DNA of 64,000 nucleotides from Escherichia coli (GTDB lineage Bacteria; Pseudomonadota; Gammaproteobacteria; Enterobacterales; Enterobacteriaceae): NCBI RefSeq assembly GCF_048403405.1, contig NZ_CP183129.1; one strand, 5' to 3'. Shown piece by piece: positions 59,351 to 64,000 of this stretch (position 1 is its first letter; each line of letters starts with the position of its first letter). The notes under the pieces were generated by a model. It saw only the letters and a program-made list of their open reading frames with translations, ran no database searches and was not told where the DNA came from. The position numbers and the translations under genes were made by a program.

Positions 59351-61198
59351 TTACCTGATTAATTGTTCCGCTTTCGATACGATTTGCGAGCTGGATCGCG
59401 CAGGCAGATCATAATTGTAAATATCTGTACGATACTGGGTACGACCATCTGCACCAACAAAGGCCGTCAGGTAGTAGAGATTCACCGGAATCGACTGCCG
59501 AATATTGACGTAACGCGTATCGCCTTGCTTCAGCGCATCAGAAATACGTTTGTCATTCCATCCTGCATCCTGCAACAGCATATTCGCCAGATCGGAAGCT
59601 TTATTCACTCGTACACAGCCTGAGCTCAATGCGCGTGTATCACGCTTGAACAGATTGTGGTTCGGCGTGTCATGCAAATAAATGGCCTCTGAACTCGGCA
59701 TATTGAATTTATAGCGCCCCAGCGAGTTCCGTGGGCCTGGAGCCTGCTGGAAGCGGAACGGTAAATTCGAGGCCGTGATTGTAGACCAGTCAACCTGCCA
59801 TGGGTCAATCGCTTCTCTGCTGTTCCAGCCGCGCATCACCGTATAGCCATGGCTTTCGAGATATCCCGGATCGTTGCGCACTTTCGGCAGAATATCTTTG
59901 CGTGCCAGAGTTGGTGGTACGTTCCACGGCGGGTTTACCACTACGTTGTTAAGTGCACTGCTCATCATCGGCGTTTTGCGATCGGGGCGACCGACAATGA
60001 CTCGCGAATCCAGCACCTGATTGCCGTTCTGATAGTAGACCAGCGAATAGGCCGGAATGTTAACCATGATCCCGGTAGAAAGCTCTGTTGGCAGCAAGCG
60101 CAATCGCTGGATGTTGAGTGCCAACACGCCAGCACGCTGGGCGGGCGTTACGTTTAACCAGTCACGCGTTGCCGGGCCAATAGCGCCATCTGCTCCCAAT
60201 CCTTGCCATGCCTGAAAACGTTTTACGGCTTCCACCAGTTCATTATCGTAGGCGGCACGAACGGCAGGCGCAGGTTTACTACGAGACGTCGTTTGCTTGT
60301 CCATCGGCTTAGTTTCTGCTGTTTCAACAGTAACAGCGGATGGGCTGACTACTGCGTCAGTTGGCGTGTCATCGCCAGGGAGAGTAATTTTTGGCCCCCC
60401 GTCCAACATGCCTGTGCGTTGCAATATTTCGCGCAACGCCGGTACGTCGTTACTCCACTGCCCTGGGCGCAACGTTGCTTTACCGGTCAGTTGAGGCCAC
60501 GGTTTGGTGTCACTGAGTAAGGCCAGTAACGATTCATGCATCGCCGCATATTGCGGATGCTGCGGTGCCAGTCCTGCAACAAACGTCGGCAATTGATCTT
60601 TATCCAGCGCCAGCTGCCATTGGTTAATCACCGAAAGCGGCGGCGTTGCAAGCGCATAAGGTTTACTGCTATATAGCCAGCGAGTGCCTTTGACCGGAAT
60701 ATTTGCAATGAAATGGAGATAGCCCATCATCGCATCAGAGAGCACGACGTCGCGTGCCATCCCGTTAACACCAGGATCGGTCAGTAACTCTACCCATTTA
60801 TTAAACTGCGGCTGGAAACCGGCAATCGCCACCTCTGCCAGCTGTTGCTGGAAGGCTTTAACAGCATCACGGTTTTCCCACATGGGTTGCATATCGCGTG
60901 CGGCATACAACAGTTGAAGCTGGTTAAGATAAACCGGCTTGTAACCTGCGGGTAATTGAGATTCGATTTGCGTGCGGGCTTTTTCTGCCGCACCTTCAGG
61001 CAATGGCTGGATCCCCGCCATTATTGCCGTGGCTTGCGCCTGCGGCAGTGCCTCGCCCTGTTCACTGACAGCCACCGGGCTGTCGCCAGGGATTACTTCA
61101 GGCTCATCGGCCTGCGCATTGAACAGTGGAGCGAATGTTACGGCCAGGCACAAACTGATTGCCGACAGCCGACGACCACACATCATATTAAGCAACAT
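59351..61198 (-). CDS. ldtD: L,D-transpeptidase LdtD (YcbB)
   Basis: 615 aa, [41 protein letters not shown]...; C-terminal YkuD domain with catalytic context HDTPNH...SSGCVRV. Confidence 0.92.
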   Translation of the reverse strand: MLLNMMCGRRLSAISLCLAVTFAPLFNAQADEPEVIPGDSPVAVSEQGEALPQAQATAIMAGIQPLPEGAAEKARTQIESQLPAGYKPVYLNQLQLLYAARDMQPMWENRDAVKAFQQQLAEVAIAGFQPQFNKWVELLTDPGVNGMARDVVLSDAMMGYLHFIANIPVKGTRWLYSSKPYALATPPLSVINQWQLALDKDQLPTFVAGLAPQHPQYAAMHESLLALLSDTKPWPQLTGKATLRPGQWSNDVPALREILQRTGMLDGGPKITLPGDDTPTDAVVSPSAVTVETAETKPMDKQTTSRSKPAPAVRAAYDNELVEAVKRFQAWQGLGADGAIGPATRDWLNVTPAQRAGVLALNIQRLRLLPTELSTGIMVNIPAYSLVYYQNGNQVLDSRVIVGRPDRKTPMMSSALNNVVVNPPWNVPPTLARKDILPKVRNDPGYLESHGYTVMRGWNSREAIDPWQVDWSTITASNLPFRFQQAPGPRNSLGRYKFNMPSSEAIYLHDTPNHNLFKRDTRALSSGCVRVNKASDLANMLLQDAGWNDKRISDALKQGDTRYVNIRQSIPVNLYYLTAFVGADGRTQYRTDIYNYDLPARSSSQIVSKAEQLIR

Positions 61199-61429
61199 CC
61201 CTTGCCCCCTGTTTTTATCATACTCTGAATAGCCAGGCTGTTATTTTACGACTTGCCTGTACAACGCCAATACTCACGAAAGTATGACGAGCAAGCCTGT
61301 TACTCATCAGGCTTATCTTCAGTATATAAACGCCGATACGTTTTTACATAACCTAATGTAAAGAAGTTTAAAGAAAAGCGCGCCGTAATGTGCCACTTTT
61401 TTAGTGCAGAAACGGAGTTTTCGGAAAAA

Positions 61430-61458
61430 GAAAAGGCGGCATTGCTGCCGCCTTCATT
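61430..61458 (-). terminator. Putative terminator downstream of mukB
   Basis: On the minus strand: aaaatgaaggcggcagcaatgccgcctt followed by ttctttttc; lies directly 3' of the mukB stop. Confidence 0.55.
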
Positions 61459-64000
61459 TTAACTCGCCTGGGAAGGCGCTTCGTCACTTCCTGGAAGCGT
61501 TTCAGGGAGTTGCGGCGCAAAGCCACGCAGGCCGACGACGTGAACGTGTTCGGTATTCTGGAAGACTTTACGTACCAGTTTATAGGTGGTGCCTTTCTCC
61601 GGGCTGATATTTTCCGGCGCTGCGATGATGAGCTGCATTTGCAAACGCTCACACAATTCAAACAGCGTGGCGATAGAACGAGCATCCAGTCGCGCTGCTT
61701 CATCGAGGAACAGCAGGCGGCAAGGAGAGATATCTTTACCGCGCAGGCGGCGAGATTCATCTTCCCAGCTTTGTACCACCATCACCAGAATCGACATACC
61801 GGTACCAATCGCCTCACCGGTCGACAGAGCGCCAGATTCTGCGCGCAGCCAGCCATCAGAACCACGGTTAACCTCAACTTCCATTTCCAGATAGTTGCGG
61901 TAATCCAGCAGTTCTTCGCCAATGGTCTGCGGCGTGCGCTGCCCCATATCAATCTGCGGATTAAGACGCTGATACAGTTTCGCCAGCGCTTCTGAGAAGG
62001 TCAGACGGTTGCTGTTAAACAGATCCTGATGTTGCTCATGCTGTTCAGAGAGCACATCCAGCAGCATGGCGTGCGTTTCACGCACGTTCACGTTGAGACG
62101 CACGCTGTTCACCTGGCCAAACGATACGCTCTGCAAGCCCTGGTTGAGCATACGGATACGGTTCTGCTCGCGCTGAATGGTTTTGCGAATAATGTTCGCC
62201 ACGCTGCGGGAACTGATCGCCAGTTTCTGTTCACGGGAGGTTAACTCTTCGGTCAGACGGCTAAGTTCGATCTCCATCTGTTCGATAGCTTCCACCGGAT
62301 CATCGGTACGAATAATATCCTGACGAATACGTTCACGCAGATGCTGATAAACCGCCACGAAGAACTGAATTTTACGCTCCGGACGTTTCGGATCTTCCGA
62401 CATCCGCAGCACGTCGCGCAGATGTTCGTTATCCGCCACCGCCAGACGCAGCGCACCCAATGCCTTATCCGACATGGAACGCAAATCATCAGCGGAGAGA
62501 TAAGCCAGCTCACGACGGTGTAAGCGGCGTTCAACGCCGTTATCTTTCACCATGCGCATGACTGCACACCAGCCCGCTTTCGCGGTCACTACCTGCTCGC
62601 GCATCTCAAAGTAATCACGCTCCAGCTTGCGCAGTTTGCGGGTCAGGTTGTCCATCTCTGCTTCGCAGAAGGTAAGCGCTTTTTCCAGTTGATTGCGGCG
62701 TGAACGGTTATTGCTCAGTTGCGCGTGCAGCTCGTCACGGCGAATACGCGCCCGCTCTTCTGCCCCGCTATCAGCTCGCACGCCGATATCCTGCAATTCA
62801 CGTTGCAGATCATTGAGTAGCTCTTTTTTGGTGTCGTAAGAACTTTTCAGCGAAGCCAGCACCTGGTTGTACTGACTCAACTGCGCTGCGTGTCCGCGCA
62901 ACGCTTCACGCGCGCGGGTACGCTCCGCTTCCGCCTGTTCCAGACGTTCACGCAGTTTTTCGTTGAGATCGCTGTTACCGCTAAGCATTTCTGCCGAGTC
63001 AGAGTAGCTAAAGTGCGCACGACGCTGCACCACTTCCGTCAGGGCAAACGCCTGCTGACGGGCATCGCGCTGCATCTGCTGAGAGTACGCGTAATCTTCT
63101 TTTAACTGTTCGAACTGTTCCGGGTCGCTCTGCAATACCGAAACGATCGGTTCCAGTTTCGCCAGTTGATTGCCAAACTGCTGAACAAAACGCGAGGCCT
63201 CCTGGGCTTCATCCAGACGTTCGCGGATTTCATCGACGCGATCCGCCAGGCTGTCATCAGCCAACAGGTTGAGACGCGGCAGAATGCGGTTCAGCGCCGT
63301 AACACCCTCTTTCGCCTGCTCAAACTGAATACGCTGCTGCTGGTTATCATTTTCATGATTACTCAACGCCCGCTCCAGTTCGACGCGACGGCTGTTCAGT
63401 TGACGGATTTCGGCTTCCGGATCAGACTCAAACGCCACCGCCAGATGACTACCGATAAAGCGGCTGAACGCCTGATGCAGACGCTGGGTTTTCTGTACAT
63501 CAAAGGAGAGCGTGGCGAAGCGTTCGGAAAGCACTTCACGCTCGGCATGGAGGCTTTCGATGCGGCTTTCGCGCGCCGCGCGTCCAAACAGCGGCACTTC
63601 CGGGAAACGTGAATAACGCCACTGACGATCGGCGATTTTCACCACTACCGCTTTTTCCAGCTCATCAACGCTGAACACGCTGTCATCGAATGACTGCGGA
63701 TCCCCTTCGATCAGATAGAGATCTTCCGGGCAATCGGTCAAGCCTTCCAGGTGTTCGGTTACCTGTGACAGATCTGGCACCACGATGGCATGGCGGGACG
63801 GGCCATACAGCGCCGAGAAGTACGGCGCATCTTCCAGGCTAACGTCGTCATAAATTTCTGACAGCAGCACGCCGCCAAAACGCTCCGCCAGCGCATTCAA
63901 ACGCTGGTCTTCAGAACCACCTGGCTGGCTTAAACGTTCGATCTCTTCATCGACGGCGTTTTTACGCGCGCCTACTTCATCGCGTTCAACAATCGCCTCG
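61459..64000 (-). CDS. mukB: Chromosome partition protein MukB, C-terminal portion (gene continues beyond the window end)
   Basis: Long coiled-coil SMC-like translation ending ...[14 protein letters not shown]; the ORF stays open to the window edge (the 813-aa track ORF is truncated at an internal Met). Confidence 0.93.
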   Translation of the reverse strand, partial: EAIVERDEVGARKNAVDEEIERLSQPGGSEDQRLNALAERFGGVLLSEIYDDVSLEDAPYFSALYGPSRHAIVVPDLSQVTEHLEGLTDCPEDLYLIEGDPQSFDDSVFSVDELEKAVVVKIADRQWRYSRFPEVPLFGRAARESRIESLHAEREVLSERFATLSFDVQKTQRLHQAFSRFIGSHLAVAFESDPEAEIRQLNSRRVELERALSNHENDNQQQRIQFEQAKEGVTALNRILPRLNLLADDSLADRVDEIRERLDEAQEASRFVQQFGNQLAKLEPIVSVLQSDPEQFEQLKEDYAYSQQMQRDARQQAFALTEVVQRRAHFSYSDSAEMLSGNSDLNEKLRERLEQAEAERTRAREALRGHAAQLSQYNQVLASLKSSYDTKKELLNDLQRELQDIGVRADSGAEERARIRRDELHAQLSNNRSRRNQLEKALTFCEAEMDNLTRKLRKLERDYFEMREQVVTAKAGWCAVMRMVKDNGVERRLHRRELAYLSADDLRSMSDKALGALRLAVADNEHLRDVLRMSEDPKRPERKIQFFVAVYQHLRERIRQDIIRTDDPVEAIEQMEIELSRLTEELTSREQKLAISSRSVANIIRKTIQREQNRIRMLNQGLQSVSFGQVNSVRLNVNVRETHAMLLDVLSEQHEQHQDLFNSNRLTFSEALAKLYQRLNPQIDMGQRTPQTIGEELLDYRNYLEMEVEVNRGSDGWLRAESGALSTGEAIGTGMSILVMVVQSWEDESRRLRGKDISPCRLLFLDEAARLDARSIATLFELCERLQMQLIIAAPENISPEKGTTYKLVRKVFQNTEHVHVVGLRGFAPQLPETLPGSDEAPSQAS

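Overview
This 64 kb window reads as conserved Escherichia coli-type core chromosome, in reverse orientation relative to the K-12 reference map, running from the first codons of cspG through cspH, the appCBXA and hyaABCDEF operons, tRNA-Ser (serT) and a long run of housekeeping genes to the 3' part of mukB. I found no undescribed biological system: no CRISPR array, insertion sequence, integrase, prophage or foreign gene block, and essentially every ORF of real length is a recognisable enterobacterial gene. All gene identities and K-12 comparisons below come from reading the supplied translations and from memory of K-12; nothing was aligned or searched. The points worth a second look are: (1) the 3' end of appA runs into the 3' end of cspH on the opposite strand, with an altered AppA C-terminus, which looks like a deletion junction where K-12 carries the etk-etp-gfc capsule locus; (2) two independent -1 frameshifts in G/C homopolymer tracts within the elfADCG-ycbUVF chaperone-usher fimbrial operon, splitting the usher elfC and the chaperone ycbF; (3) OmpA and OmpF alleles that differ from the K-12 forms in stretches consistent with surface loops; (4) two known small genes (appX, rmf) that fall below the ORF-track size cutoff. 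Many ORF-track entries carry N-terminal extensions from upstream in-frame starts; I trimmed these to the start that matches the recognised protein.
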